NCBI GenBank assembly: GCA_016181935.1
Contig: JACOYI010000002.1
Coordinates: 63,961-127,960 of the forward strand
DNA length: 64,000 bases
Reading direction: 5' to 3'
DNA from: Candidatus Niyogibacteria bacterium
Lineage (GTDB): Bacteria; Patescibacteriota; Minisyncoccia; HO2-45-28
Shown: positions 17,675-26,445 of the stretch, piece by piece
Layout of the letters: each line of letters begins with the position of its first letter
Position numbering within the stretch: the first letter of the stretch is position 1
The notes under the pieces: model-generated
The model's database searches: none
Told to the model about the DNA's origin: nothing
The model's input: only the letters and a program-made list of their open reading frames with translations
Program-made: the position numbers and the translations under genes

Positions 17675-18385
17675 TTGATGCTTTCAAATCAGGAGGCGTT
17701 TCCGCGCTCATCGTCGGCACATGTGGACGGCTGGACATTGACCGCATATTTCAGTGGCGTTTTTCCAGAATTTGTTCTTTGCCGCGCCCAAGCCGGAGAT
17801 CCGGCGGGATCCATCGTCCTTAAGGGCCCAAATAAGATCGCTATCGAAGTCACTAAAATGACGGATTCGCTCGGCACCGAGAAACCCAAGTCGCCGCTCA
17901 ATCTCGCGAAATGGGAGAAGCTTGCGAGGATTCTTCACAATGAGGTGATCAATCACGCAAATATCAAATTGAATCTATACGGGCTTTTCTGGCTGACACA
18001 CCAAGTCCTCAAACCCTACCTTCTTTCGTATAAACAAGGTTTTCAGGATCCCCCGCTAAAACCGATGATCGAAAAACAAGAGGCGTTTCCTATTGTTCAC
18101 AACGCAGAAAGCGACGGATATCGTGTCACGGTTCATTGTTCCGGCGTTTTTCCAGAATTTCGATTTGCTCTGGCATACCCCGGCAACCCCAAAGGTTGGG
18201 TTGAACTCAGGGGACCGGGCGTGAGGGTTGCCGCCAAAAAGTGGTGGCGCGACCTCGATTTACGCAAAGCAGACGAAATCATGTCGCTTCTTGCGAACGA
18301 GCTTCTCAATAAATACAATCGGCAACCGGACATGTCGGCGCTCGTCCCACTGGTTCACACCGCCTTGAAGCCGTATCGACTCTAA
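17675..18385 (+). CDS. Hypothetical protein made of two tandem ~115-aa repeats
   Basis: Repeat 1 (QEAFPRSS…SGVFPEFVLCRAQAGDP…ALKPYLL) and repeat 2 (QEAFPIVH…SGVFPEFRFALAYPGNP…ALKPYRL) align throughout. Confidence 0.5.
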   Translation: MMLSNQEAFPRSSSAHVDGWTLTAYFSGVFPEFVLCRAQAGDPAGSIVLKGPNKIAIEVTKMTDSLGTEKPKSPLNLAKWEKLARILHNEVINHANIKLNLYGLFWLTHQVLKPYLLSYKQGFQDPPLKPMIEKQEAFPIVHNAESDGYRVTVHCSGVFPEFRFALAYPGNPKGWVELRGPGVRVAAKKWWRDLDLRKADEIMSLLANELLNKYNRQPDMSALVPLVHTALKPYRL

Positions 18386-18386
18386 A

Positions 18387-18415
18387 AGGCACGCTCTGCG
18401 TGCTTTTTTTATTTT
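18387..18415 (+). terminator. Rho-independent terminator
   Basis: GCACGC-TCTG-CGTGC hairpin followed by TTTTTTTATTTT. Confidence 0.6.
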
Positions 18416-18480
18416 GACCACAATATTTTCCTTTGGTCACCATTGAATGTGGATAAGAAAATTGCTAGGAATGAGTCACT

Positions 18481-19554
18481 ATGCCGGACGCAAAAGAAAC
18501 CATCAAGGAATTCATTGCGGCGGGAAAACGATTTTTCATCGGGTCCGATCCCTCATTTGATGAAGCCGCGCTCTTTGCGTCATGCGCTCTTAAAAAAATC
18601 CTTGAGTCCGCCGGCAAAGAGGTTTTTTTCTGGCCGCCCGTTTCCGAAGCCCTTGCGGAGCGTTATGCGCCGCTCATCACCGCGAATCCCAATCCCGCGA
18701 TCCCGCGCAAAATAAAGATCAAGATCCCCAAATCCGTCTCTCTCGAGGAAATGCGTTACGACGACGAGCCCGATGCGGTTTCCATCGTCATCTCGCCCAA
18801 AACCCACCTCGATATCAAAGACCTCCTGATCGAACGCGTGCCCTACGAAATGGATGCGGCATTTTGCTTTTTCGATGACGAGGCGCGATTCGAAAAAATG
18901 GAGGCGCCGATCCTGCGCCCGCCCCGCGAAAAAACCATTTATCTCGTGCGTAATGTGCGCACGCTCGCGGAAAAAATTTCAGATATCGCGCAAAGCGTGG
19001 GCGTCTCCATCGCCGATCCGGATACCGCGACCCTTCTTTTTGTCTCGCTTCTTGCCGAAACCGATCATCTTCGCGCCGCCGAAAACGCAGCGGCATTTCA
19101 TTTGGCCGGCCGCCTGCTCGAAAGCGGCGCGCGCGCAACCGATGCACGACGACTGTTCGAGCGGGTACTCACGCTCCCCCAGCTGCAGCTCGCGGGCCGC
19201 GCGCTTGCGCGCACCACCGTCGACCTGCCGCTCAATGCAAGCTGGACATTTTTGGCGGGCCGCGATTTTGAAAAAACGGCTCTCACGCCGTCGCCGGAGA
19301 TATTTCGGATCCTTTTTAAACACGTTGCGTCCACCATCGGCCGGCAACCGCTTTTTATTTTTTGCTATGAGCATCACGGAATCCGGACGCTCTTTGCCGG
19401 AGATGCTAAGGCGCTTCGCCGGACAGCGGAACGGCTCAGCGTTCCCGTATCCGGACAATTTTTAACCGGACCTGTTTTTTCGACATTTTCCGAAGCCGAA
19501 ACCGCGATTCGCCGATTGTTAAAAGAGTCGGGCGACGTTAAAATGCAGTCATAG
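18481..19554 (+). CDS. NrnA-like DHH/DHHA1 family protein with degenerate catalytic motifs
   Basis: Size and linker region (LLAETDHLRAAENAAAFHLAGRLLESGA) resemble NrnA. The DHH motif I is degenerate (FFIGSDPSFDEAAL) and no GGGH motif is evident. Confidence 0.4.
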   Translation: MPDAKETIKEFIAAGKRFFIGSDPSFDEAALFASCALKKILESAGKEVFFWPPVSEALAERYAPLITANPNPAIPRKIKIKIPKSVSLEEMRYDDEPDAVSIVISPKTHLDIKDLLIERVPYEMDAAFCFFDDEARFEKMEAPILRPPREKTIYLVRNVRTLAEKISDIAQSVGVSIADPDTATLLFVSLLAETDHLRAAENAAAFHLAGRLLESGARATDARRLFERVLTLPQLQLAGRALARTTVDLPLNASWTFLAGRDFEKTALTPSPEIFRILFKHVASTIGRQPLFIFCYEHHGIRTLFAGDAKALRRTAERLSVPVSGQFLTGPVFSTFSEAETAIRRLLKESGDVKMQS

Positions 19555-19557
19555 TCC

Positions 19558-19719
19558 ATGCGGGTTATGAAATCTATTTTAGAAACCCCGCAGGCGCTTT
19601 GCATGGTGTTTTTTGGCTATCATGTACGCGAAGCGAGCCAAAAAACAAAGCGCCAAGGACGGAGTCAGAACATCGCTGGATGTTCTGATGTGTTCTAAAA
19701 TAGATTTCATAACCCGCAT
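19558..19719. repeat. Intergenic element bounded by a 27-bp perfect inverted repeat
   Basis: ATGCGGGTTATGAAATCTATTTTAGAA … TTCTAAAATAGATTTCATAACCCGCAT flanks about 107 bp that contain an internal hairpin (CAGAACATC-GCTG-GATGTTCTG). Confidence 0.5.
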
Positions 19720-19724
19720 TAATC

Positions 19725-21398
19725 GTGGCGAAAAATAACGACATCGAAAAAAAGCTCGAAGAATTTCGCGCCAAAGAGGCGGAGGATTTCGCCGAACTCA
19801 TGGCGCAGAAATACGGCGTTCCGTATCTCGACCTGTCGCGCACCACGATCGACCTCGACGCCTTAAAACTCGTGAGCCAGCCGGATGCCGAAGCCGGCAA
19901 AATGGCGGTCTTTCAAAAAACCGCGCGTCGGCTGCGCGTCGGCGCTTTCAATCCGACGCTCCCGAAAGCCAAAGAGATCCTTGAGAGCCTTGAACGCAAG
20001 GGGTATCAACTAGAACTTTCCGTTGTTTCCGAACCGAGCCTGAAACGCGCATGGTCGCGCTACGCCGAAATAGCGGCATTCGAGGAAATGACCGCGGGCA
20101 CGCTCGATATTTCCGCCTCTCGGCTTGAGGAATCCATTGCCAAGATCAAAGCCATCGCGGATTTTCAAGAACTGATACTCCCGTTTACGGGAGCGTCCAA
20201 GATCAAGAACGTGAGCGAGGTGCTGGAGTTCATTCTTGCGGGCGCATTGGCGCTGGACGCGTCGGATGTTCACCTGGAACCGCAGGAAAAAGCGGTTGCC
20301 ATGCGATTTCGTCTGGACGGCGTCCTTTCCGAGGTCGCCACATTCACTGCCGCGGCCTATGCGCTCCTGTTATCGCGCGTCAAATTGACGGCGGGGATGA
20401 AGCTCAACGTGAAAGACCGCGCGCAGGACGGCCGTTTTACGATCCGCACGACGCAAACGGAGATCGAGGTTCGCGTCTCATCGCTCCCCGGCCCGTACGG
20501 CGAGACCATCGTGATGCGCGTGTTGAATCCGAAAACCATCGCGCTGACGCTCGAGGATCTCGGACTGCATCCCGAACTCCAAAAAATCGTTAAAAAAGAA
20601 TTGAAAAAGCCGAACGGCATGATCCTGACCACCGGTCCCACGGGTTCGGGAAAAACCACGACGCTCTACGCGTTCGTCAAAGCCGTGAACGAACCGGGCG
20701 TCAAGATCATCACCATCGAGGACCCCATCGAATATCACATCCCGGGCATCAGCCAAACGCAGGTGGACGCATCCAAAGGATATACGTTCGCGAACGGCCT
20801 GCGCAGTATCTTGCGCCAAGACCCCGACACGATCTTGGTGGGCGAGATCCGAGACCTCGAAACCGCCGAGATCGCGATGCATGCGGCGCTGACCGGCCAT
20901 TTGGTATTTTCGACGCTCCACACCAACAGTGCGGCGGGCACCATCCCGCGGCTCATTGACCTTAAGGCCGATCCCGCGATCATCGCGCCCGCCATCAATA
21001 TCGCGATGGCCCAGCGCCTCGTGCGCAGACTTTGTCCGCATTGCAAAAAAGAAACTGCGCCGACAGCAGACGAAAAAAAACTGATCGAGGATGCGCTCAA
21101 AAAAATGCCGTCCAAATACAAAAAAGACGTGAAAACCAAAGATCTTCGCGTTTGGAAAGCCGGAGGATGCCCAAAATGCAGCACATTGGGCTACAAGGGC
21201 CGGATCGGCATCTATGAGGCGTTTTTGGTGGACGACGCGGTGGAACGGCTGATTCTGAAAAAGCCGGCGGAAGGCGACCTGCGCGAAGCCATGGAACGCC
21301 AAGAAATGATGACCATGATGCAGGACGGCATTCTGAAGGCGCTTGATGGATTGACTTCGATGGATGAGCTGATCCGCGTGGCCGGTTTACCCACCTAA
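19725..21398 (+). CDS. pilB: Type IV pilus / type II secretion assembly ATPase (PilB/GspE family)
   Basis: GTG start. N-terminal GSPII_E_N domain, Walker A LTTGPTGSGKTTTLYA, Asp/His boxes and a C-terminal CxxC…CxxC zinc motif (CPHC…CPKC). Confidence 0.9.
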   Translation: MAKNNDIEKKLEEFRAKEAEDFAELMAQKYGVPYLDLSRTTIDLDALKLVSQPDAEAGKMAVFQKTARRLRVGAFNPTLPKAKEILESLERKGYQLELSVVSEPSLKRAWSRYAEIAAFEEMTAGTLDISASRLEESIAKIKAIADFQELILPFTGASKIKNVSEVLEFILAGALALDASDVHLEPQEKAVAMRFRLDGVLSEVATFTAAAYALLLSRVKLTAGMKLNVKDRAQDGRFTIRTTQTEIEVRVSSLPGPYGETIVMRVLNPKTIALTLEDLGLHPELQKIVKKELKKPNGMILTTGPTGSGKTTTLYAFVKAVNEPGVKIITIEDPIEYHIPGISQTQVDASKGYTFANGLRSILRQDPDTILVGEIRDLETAEIAMHAALTGHLVFSTLHTNSAAGTIPRLIDLKADPAIIAPAINIAMAQRLVRRLCPHCKKETAPTADEKKLIEDALKKMPSKYKKDVKTKDLRVWKAGGCPKCSTLGYKGRIGIYEAFLVDDAVERLILKKPAEGDLREAMERQEMMTMMQDGILKALDGLTSMDELIRVAGLPT

Positions 21399-21501
21399 AT
21401 TTTGGCGGGCGGGGAGATTTAAGCTGGAGAGCTGGAGACTGGATTGCTGGAGGCTGGATTTCCCAGATTCCGGCTCTCTAGTCTCTAGAGCTCCAAGATT
21501 A

Positions 21502-21670
21502 AACGTCTTGCTGTCTCTAGGCAATTGCTTGCGGCATGGGAACCGCAAGAATAAGACGTTCCTTTAGCAACGGCTGCGTTTGGTCCTCAACAGGGAAGGA
21601 ACCCAACCGCCCTGAAAGAACGTCCCGATGAGAATAAATTCCCTTAATTGCCTAGAGACAAAAAGACGTT
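21502..21670. ncRNA. Candidate structured RNA (long closing helix around a ~115-nt interior)
   Basis: AAACGTCTTGCTGTCTCTAGGCAATTG (21502-21529) is complementary to CAATTGCCTAGAGACAAAAAGACGTTT (21645-21670). Internal hairpins include CTTGCGG-CATGGGAA-CCGCAAG. The RNA class is undetermined. Confidence 0.25.
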
Positions 21671-21785
21671 TACCCGTCCGTAGTTTCGCGAAGTAAAACG
21701 AAGGAGGGTTTCCGTGCCAGATAATAGCAAAATAATGTTCGCCTGTCAAGCGCGCGTGAAAGCAAGTTCCGATACTCATTTAGTG

Positions 21786-21826
21786 TAAAAAATCTAGCCC
21801 CATTCCGATCTTTCGGAATGGGGCTC
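21786..21826 (-). terminator. Minus-strand intrinsic terminator with no annotated upstream gene
   Basis: On the minus strand, AGCCCCATTCCGA-AAGA-TCGGAATGGGGCT is followed by AGATTTTTT. The upstream minus-strand region 21840-21990 is very GC-rich and hairpin-dense. Confidence 0.45.
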
Positions 21827-22062
21827 AGAACTATTGGGGCGACACGGCAAACGCGAACCCGCAGCCGCGAGTCCACCTGTTGCCAGGCTCGTCGCTGCAC
21901 GCGCTGAGCCAGCGACCATCGGCGCTACGGTCCGCGTAGAGCAAGCGCGGATCGCCGACGCTCCGGCCGTCTTGACGAATTCTAGAAAAAGTTGTAATTT
22001 CTACGAAGATTGACGGCGCTAAATAGCGCATCAGCGGCCGAGCAACCAAAGGAGACCAGAAT

Positions 22063-23247
22063 ATGCTTTTGCGGTTCTTTAAAAATTTATGGGGACGCAA
22101 ATCACCGAATCGCTTTCTGTCTACCCCTGCCAAGTCCGATGATCTGGAACAATGGATCCGAAAAGCGCTTCCAACGGCTCATCCGAACCGAAGGGATATT
22201 TTTCGGGCGTTAACTTCATGTATGCTTTGGCGCATCGGAAACCAAATCCGCGGACGGCCAACACCTCCTTGGGTGGTGTTATTGGGAAACACCCTTCTTG
22301 GATGGTTCCTCGCTTTTAGCCTAGTAGGATTTTTTGATGCGGTATTTGGTCTCATTGGTGGTTTCGTTTGTGGTCTTATAACACTCATACCCCTTGATCG
22401 ATATACGTACTGCTACGGAAAAAAAACTGGGGTGGAACGACACGCGGTTTTTTGCGATTTCCTCCTGAAAAGTTTCTTGATTGCGATCACCGGTTTTTGG
22501 TTTGGATGGCCGCTTATCTGGCCACTTATCTTTCCGCTTCTTTTTGCAGTAGGGTGGTGGATTACAGAAACAACGGTTGCTCACATTAGACAATCGCGCA
22601 AAACGCCTGCGAACACTGAAGGCTTTTCACCAAGCAACCAAAAAAGTCGGCTTATTCTCTATTTTCAAACCCTCATCGAATCTCACCGGGGGCGGATTTT
22701 AGGAGATCAATCGGAATTCAATCGGCTGCGGGTACGGCTGGAACAACTTCGGGAACAGACAAAAACAGAGCGGGAAATACAGGAAAACAAACATCACGCC
22801 GAAAATCCTATAACAATCGACCGGTTGCGCCTTCTGGATGAAATTGAAGAGGATTTGAAAGGCGCGCTTGCGTCGCTCGCCCAGCAAAAAGAATATGTCT
22901 TGAACTTTTTCCGCACATGCGAGGCCCAGCTCGCGCGGATTGATATGAGTATGAATGAGTTCCTTGCCGACCAACGACTGCAAAAGCTCTCGCGGGAAGC
23001 GGAAGAGTTGACACGGAAAACCCGATCGCTTGCGCTTTCTATTGCCGCCTCATTCATGGAAGACGCGGCGCATCTGCAATCCGCGCTCGAGCGTCTCCAC
23101 GAGAAAATTGTGTTTTCCGTGCCGTATGAAATTGAGGATGTCCCGGCGATCGCGACCGAAATTGCGAATTTTGAACTCGAGAATATTGCCGCATTGCAAG
23201 AGCTCGAGCAGGGACTCGTGCGGGAAGCGATTCCGGCACTAAACTAA
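22063..23247 (+). CDS. Hypothetical polytopic membrane protein with a C-terminal coiled-coil domain
   Basis: Promoter-like TTGACG-17-TAATTT at about 21975. Multiple TM helices, then a long charged coiled coil. It is downstream of pilB. Confidence 0.5.
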   Translation: MLLRFFKNLWGRKSPNRFLSTPAKSDDLEQWIRKALPTAHPNRRDIFRALTSCMLWRIGNQIRGRPTPPWVVLLGNTLLGWFLAFSLVGFFDAVFGLIGGFVCGLITLIPLDRYTYCYGKKTGVERHAVFCDFLLKSFLIAITGFWFGWPLIWPLIFPLLFAVGWWITETTVAHIRQSRKTPANTEGFSPSNQKSRLILYFQTLIESHRGRILGDQSEFNRLRVRLEQLREQTKTEREIQENKHHAENPITIDRLRLLDEIEEDLKGALASLAQQKEYVLNFFRTCEAQLARIDMSMNEFLADQRLQKLSREAEELTRKTRSLALSIAASFMEDAAHLQSALERLHEKIVFSVPYEIEDVPAIATEIANFELENIAALQELEQGLVREAIPALN

Positions 23248-23340
23248 CCATCGAACCAATACCAACTCAACAAATATGGGTTGGTGTTTTTTATGCGCCC
23301 GGAAATTGCCAAGCCCAAACCCATATGAAAAGATAACCCC

Positions 23341-24348
23341 ATGGATGCAACTGTGCGCAAACAAAAGAGTGACGATAAAAACCTGGAACTCACGCTCCGA
23401 CCCTCCGTGTGGGGCGAATATATCGGGCAGGAAGCCATCAAAAAGAATCTCTCGATCCTCATTCAGGCGGCCCAAGAGCGCAAGGACCCTCTGGAGCATA
23501 TTCTCTTGCATGGTCCGGCGGGCCTCGGTAAGACCACGCTCGCGTATCTGGTCGCCAAAGAGATGAGCGCGAACATCAAGATAACATCGGGCCCCGCCAT
23601 CGAGCGCGTCGGCGACCTCGCGTCGCTACTGACAAATCTTGCTTCGGGCGACGTCCTCTTCATCGACGAGATCCACCGGCTGAATAAAACCATCGAAGAG
23701 GTGCTCTACCCCGCTATGGAATCGCGCTCGCTCGATATCATCATCGGCAAGGGGCCGGGTGCGCGTTCGATCCAACTCGAACTCCCGCCATTCACGCTCG
23801 TTGCCGCCACGACCCGTATCGCGCTTCTGTCGAGTCCCTTGCGCAGCCGGTTTTCCGGCGGCACATTCAAGCTCGAATATTATACAATAGAGGAGATCGA
23901 AAAGATCCTCAGGCGTTCCGCCGCCATTTTGGGATTCGCGATAACGCCCGACGCGCTCCGCATGACCGCGTCGAGGGCGCGCTTTACGCCGCGCATCGCC
24001 AACCGCCTGCTCAAACGCGCGCGCGATTACGCCCAAGTGCACAAACAAGACACGATCGACGAGAATGTGGCGGAAAAAACATTGGAATTATTGGGTGTCG
24101 ATCATGAGGGGTTGGAAGAGGTTGACCGGCAGATCCTGAACGTACTGATCACCAAATTCGGAGGAGGGCCGGTCGGGTTGAATACGCTTGCGGCTGCGGC
24201 ATCCGAAGATATCCAAACCATCGAGGATGTGTATGAGCCCTATCTTCTGCGTCTCGGTTTTTTGGAGCGTACGCCGCGGGGGCGCGTAGCGACGCCGCGG
24301 GCATGGCAGCACTTCGGGAAAACCCCGCCGCAAATAAAACTTTTGTAA
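23341..24348 (+). CDS. ruvB: Holliday junction branch migration ATPase RuvB
   Basis: AAA+ Walker A GPAGLGKTTLA, Walker B DVLFIDEIHRL and a winged-helix C-terminal domain. Confidence 0.95.
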   Translation: MDATVRKQKSDDKNLELTLRPSVWGEYIGQEAIKKNLSILIQAAQERKDPLEHILLHGPAGLGKTTLAYLVAKEMSANIKITSGPAIERVGDLASLLTNLASGDVLFIDEIHRLNKTIEEVLYPAMESRSLDIIIGKGPGARSIQLELPPFTLVAATTRIALLSSPLRSRFSGGTFKLEYYTIEEIEKILRRSAAILGFAITPDALRMTASRARFTPRIANRLLKRARDYAQVHKQDTIDENVAEKTLELLGVDHEGLEEVDRQILNVLITKFGGGPVGLNTLAAAASEDIQTIEDVYEPYLLRLGFLERTPRGRVATPRAWQHFGKTPPQIKLL

Positions 24349-24375
24349 TACTAATCAACGTCCGTCAAAAAAATC

Positions 24376-24618
24376 ATGATCGCACTCCCGTTTCTTTTTC
24401 ACTTCGTATTTCTCAGCGTTTATGCGCTTCTGGTCTTCGCACTCTTGTGGCACTACCGCCGTTACAGTCTGCTGCACGATCCCGCGCGCTTCGTGATCGG
24501 GCCGTTCCTTTTCTTCTCTGTGATTTTTGCGCTCGGCGCATCGGCTCTTCTTTTCTATGCGCCGTGGGACGCGCTGGTGTCCGGTGCGCTGTTACAGCTA
24601 TCGGTTCCCTCGTATTGA
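24376..24618 (+). CDS. Hypothetical small membrane protein (2 TM)
   Basis: 80 aa hydrophobic ORF directly upstream of the bPH_2 gene. Confidence 0.35.
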   Translation: MIALPFLFHFVFLSVYALLVFALLWHYRRYSLLHDPARFVIGPFLFFSVIFALGASALLFYAPWDALVSGALLQLSVPSY

Positions 24619-24622
24619 TCGT

Positions 24623-25123
24623 ATGATCACGCTTCACGCCGACGAACGGGTCTTATGCGCTGTCCACCGTCATTGGATCGTGGTCGCGCAAAAAATGACC
24701 ATGGTGGTGTTTTTGCTTCTGGGTGCGCTTATATTTTTTTTGCTCCTGCCGTCCTTCAGCATTGGCCCCTCGCTTCTCCCCTTCATTTTTTATCTTTTCT
24801 TGATTTATCTTCTCATCGTCCTGCTCGTTGCCTTTGTTTTGTGGATGGACTACTATCTCGATGTTTGGATCGTGACAACGGAACGCGTCATCGACGTCGA
24901 ACAAATCGGCATGTTCCGCCGCGAAGCGTCTGAATTTCCGCTTTCAAACATTCAGGATGTCACGGTGGAAATCCCGGGGTTCATTGCAACGCTGTTACAT
25001 TACGGGACAATCCGGATCCAGACGGCAGGCAACCAGAGTTTTGTGGCGCATGAGATCCCGGATGTCGATCGCGTGAAAAACATCATTTTGGAGGAGGCGC
25101 GTAAACATCGAACTTTAAAATAA
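24623..25123 (+). CDS. Membrane-anchored bacterial PH domain (bPH_2/YdbT-like) protein
   Basis: Two TM helices followed by a domain resembling bPH_2/DUF304 (…YYLDVWIVTTERVIDVEQIGMFRREASEFPLSNIQDVTVEIPGFIATLLHYGTIRIQTAG…). Confidence 0.55.
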   Translation: MITLHADERVLCAVHRHWIVVAQKMTMVVFLLLGALIFFLLLPSFSIGPSLLPFIFYLFLIYLLIVLLVAFVLWMDYYLDVWIVTTERVIDVEQIGMFRREASEFPLSNIQDVTVEIPGFIATLLHYGTIRIQTAGNQSFVAHEIPDVDRVKNIILEEARKHRTLK

Positions 25124-25285
25124 TGTTGCTGCGATTGATTCTCGACACGCTCACCCCGCCCCGCGAGCAGGATTCGCTCTATCCTCGGCTCGCTCGTTTC
25201 GTTTAGCGCTTCGCGCAATTATAAACGAAACGCCGTGCCCGCTCGCCTGTGGACGGTCTCGAATTCAATCGCAGCAACATCATTT
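25124..25285. repeat. Inverted-repeat-bounded intergenic element with an internal hairpin
   Basis: AATGTTGCTGCGATTGATTCTCGAC … GTCTCGAATTCAATCGCAGCAACAT (about 25 bp IR). Internal hairpin CGTTTCGTTT…AAACGAAACG. Confidence 0.45.
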
Positions 25286-25439
25286 TAAGCGAAACGCGAA
25301 AATTAAAATAATAATCGCGAGCGGCGCCGAATTTGCTTCGCGCCGCGAGCACTAATGGATGGGGAGGCAGCGAGCGAAGCGAGCGTCGGAAGGGGAAACC
25401 CTTAAAGGCGCGAAGCGCGAGGGTTTCCCCTCCGAGATT

Positions 25440-25976
25440 ATGGCCGGACACTCCAAATGGGCGCAGATCAAACGCCAAAAGGCGGTGACGGACGCCCAAA
25501 AATCCAAAGAATTCGCAAAACTCCTCCGTAAAATAACGGTGGCGGTAAAAGAGGCGGGTAAAGATCCGAACGCGAACCGAGCGCTCTCCTCTGCGGTCGA
25601 AAAAGCGCGCGATGCGAATGTCCCCTCGTCCAACATCGAGCGCGCGATCGAGCGCGCTGGGGGTGCGGGCGCTCATACGTTGGAAAATGTTTTGTTTGAG
25701 GCCTACGGCCCCGCAGGGGCGGCGCTCCTCATCGAGGGCGTGACTGATAGTAAAAACAGGACGTCACAGGAGGTAAAACACATTCTTGCGGAGCATGGCG
25801 GGAAACTCGCCTCTCCGGGTTCGGCGCGTTTTCTTTTTCAAAAGACCGCGCGGGGCTGGGAACCGGTGACCCCGCTTCCGGTCGACGATGGAACAAAAGA
25901 AACGCTTACGAAGCTTTTTGAAGCGCTCGACGCGCATGATGACATCACCGACATCTATACGAATGCCGACCTCTGA
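25440..25976 (+). CDS. yebC: YebC/PmpR (TACO1) family regulator, short form
   Basis: Starts MAGHSKWAQIKRQKA, the canonical N-terminus, and ends …DAHDDITDIYTNADL. It is shorter than typical YebC. A GGGGAAACCC/GGGTTTCCCC hairpin lies in the leader. Confidence 0.8.
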   Translation: MAGHSKWAQIKRQKAVTDAQKSKEFAKLLRKITVAVKEAGKDPNANRALSSAVEKARDANVPSSNIERAIERAGGAGAHTLENVLFEAYGPAGAALLIEGVTDSKNRTSQEVKHILAEHGGKLASPGSARFLFQKTARGWEPVTPLPVDDGTKETLTKLFEALDAHDDITDIYTNADL

Positions 25977-25986
25977 ACCGTTCCGG

Positions 25987-26445
25987 ATGCTGGGCATCGA
26001 TCCGGGATACGGCCGTATGGGTTTTGCGGTGCTTGAACGCAGCAATAAAAAAGAAACGCTCATCGAGGCAGGCTGCATCGAAACCTCCGCGGCGTCGCCC
26101 CATGATGAACGCCTCGAGATCATCGGCGATTCTTTGAAAAAACTCATCTCCAAACACCGGCCGCACGGATTCGCCATTGAAAAACTTTTTTTAAGCGCGA
26201 ATCAAAAAACCGCGATGCGCGTCGCCGAAACCCGCGGCGTGGCGTTGTATCTCGCGTCAGGACTCCCGATCTATGAATTTTCGCCGCCGGAGATCAAATT
26301 GGCGGTTTGCGGCTACGGCAAGGCGGACAAAAAACAAGTCGAGGCCATGGTGCGCCTGATCTTTAAGCCCACCGGACCCTTGCTCGATGACGCAATGGAT
26401 GCGATCGCTGTTGCATTTACCGCATTAGGACGGATTTCGCATTAG
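25987..26445 (+). CDS. ruvC: Crossover junction endodeoxyribonuclease RuvC
   Basis: MLGIDPGYGRMGFAV… has the RuvC N-terminus with catalytic Asp; the ORF ends …DDAMDAIAVAFT. The start may lie upstream at 25963 and overlap yebC. Confidence 0.8.
   Translation: MLGIDPGYGRMGFAVLERSNKKETLIEAGCIETSAASPHDERLEIIGDSLKKLISKHRPHGFAIEKLFLSANQKTAMRVAETRGVALYLASGLPIYEFSPPEIKLAVCGYGKADKKQVEAMVRLIFKPTGPLLDDAMDAIAVAFTALGRISH

Noticed and set aside
20478-21302. 274-aa minus-strand ORF
   Set aside because: Antisense within pilB.
21399-22062. tmRNA, RNase P RNA or SRP RNA in the pilB-downstream region
   Set aside because: I could not find the tRNA-like T-arm (GGTTCGANTCC), a tag-peptide ORF ending LAA, the RNase P P4 consensus or a convincing SRP domain IV. 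The RNA class remains unassigned.
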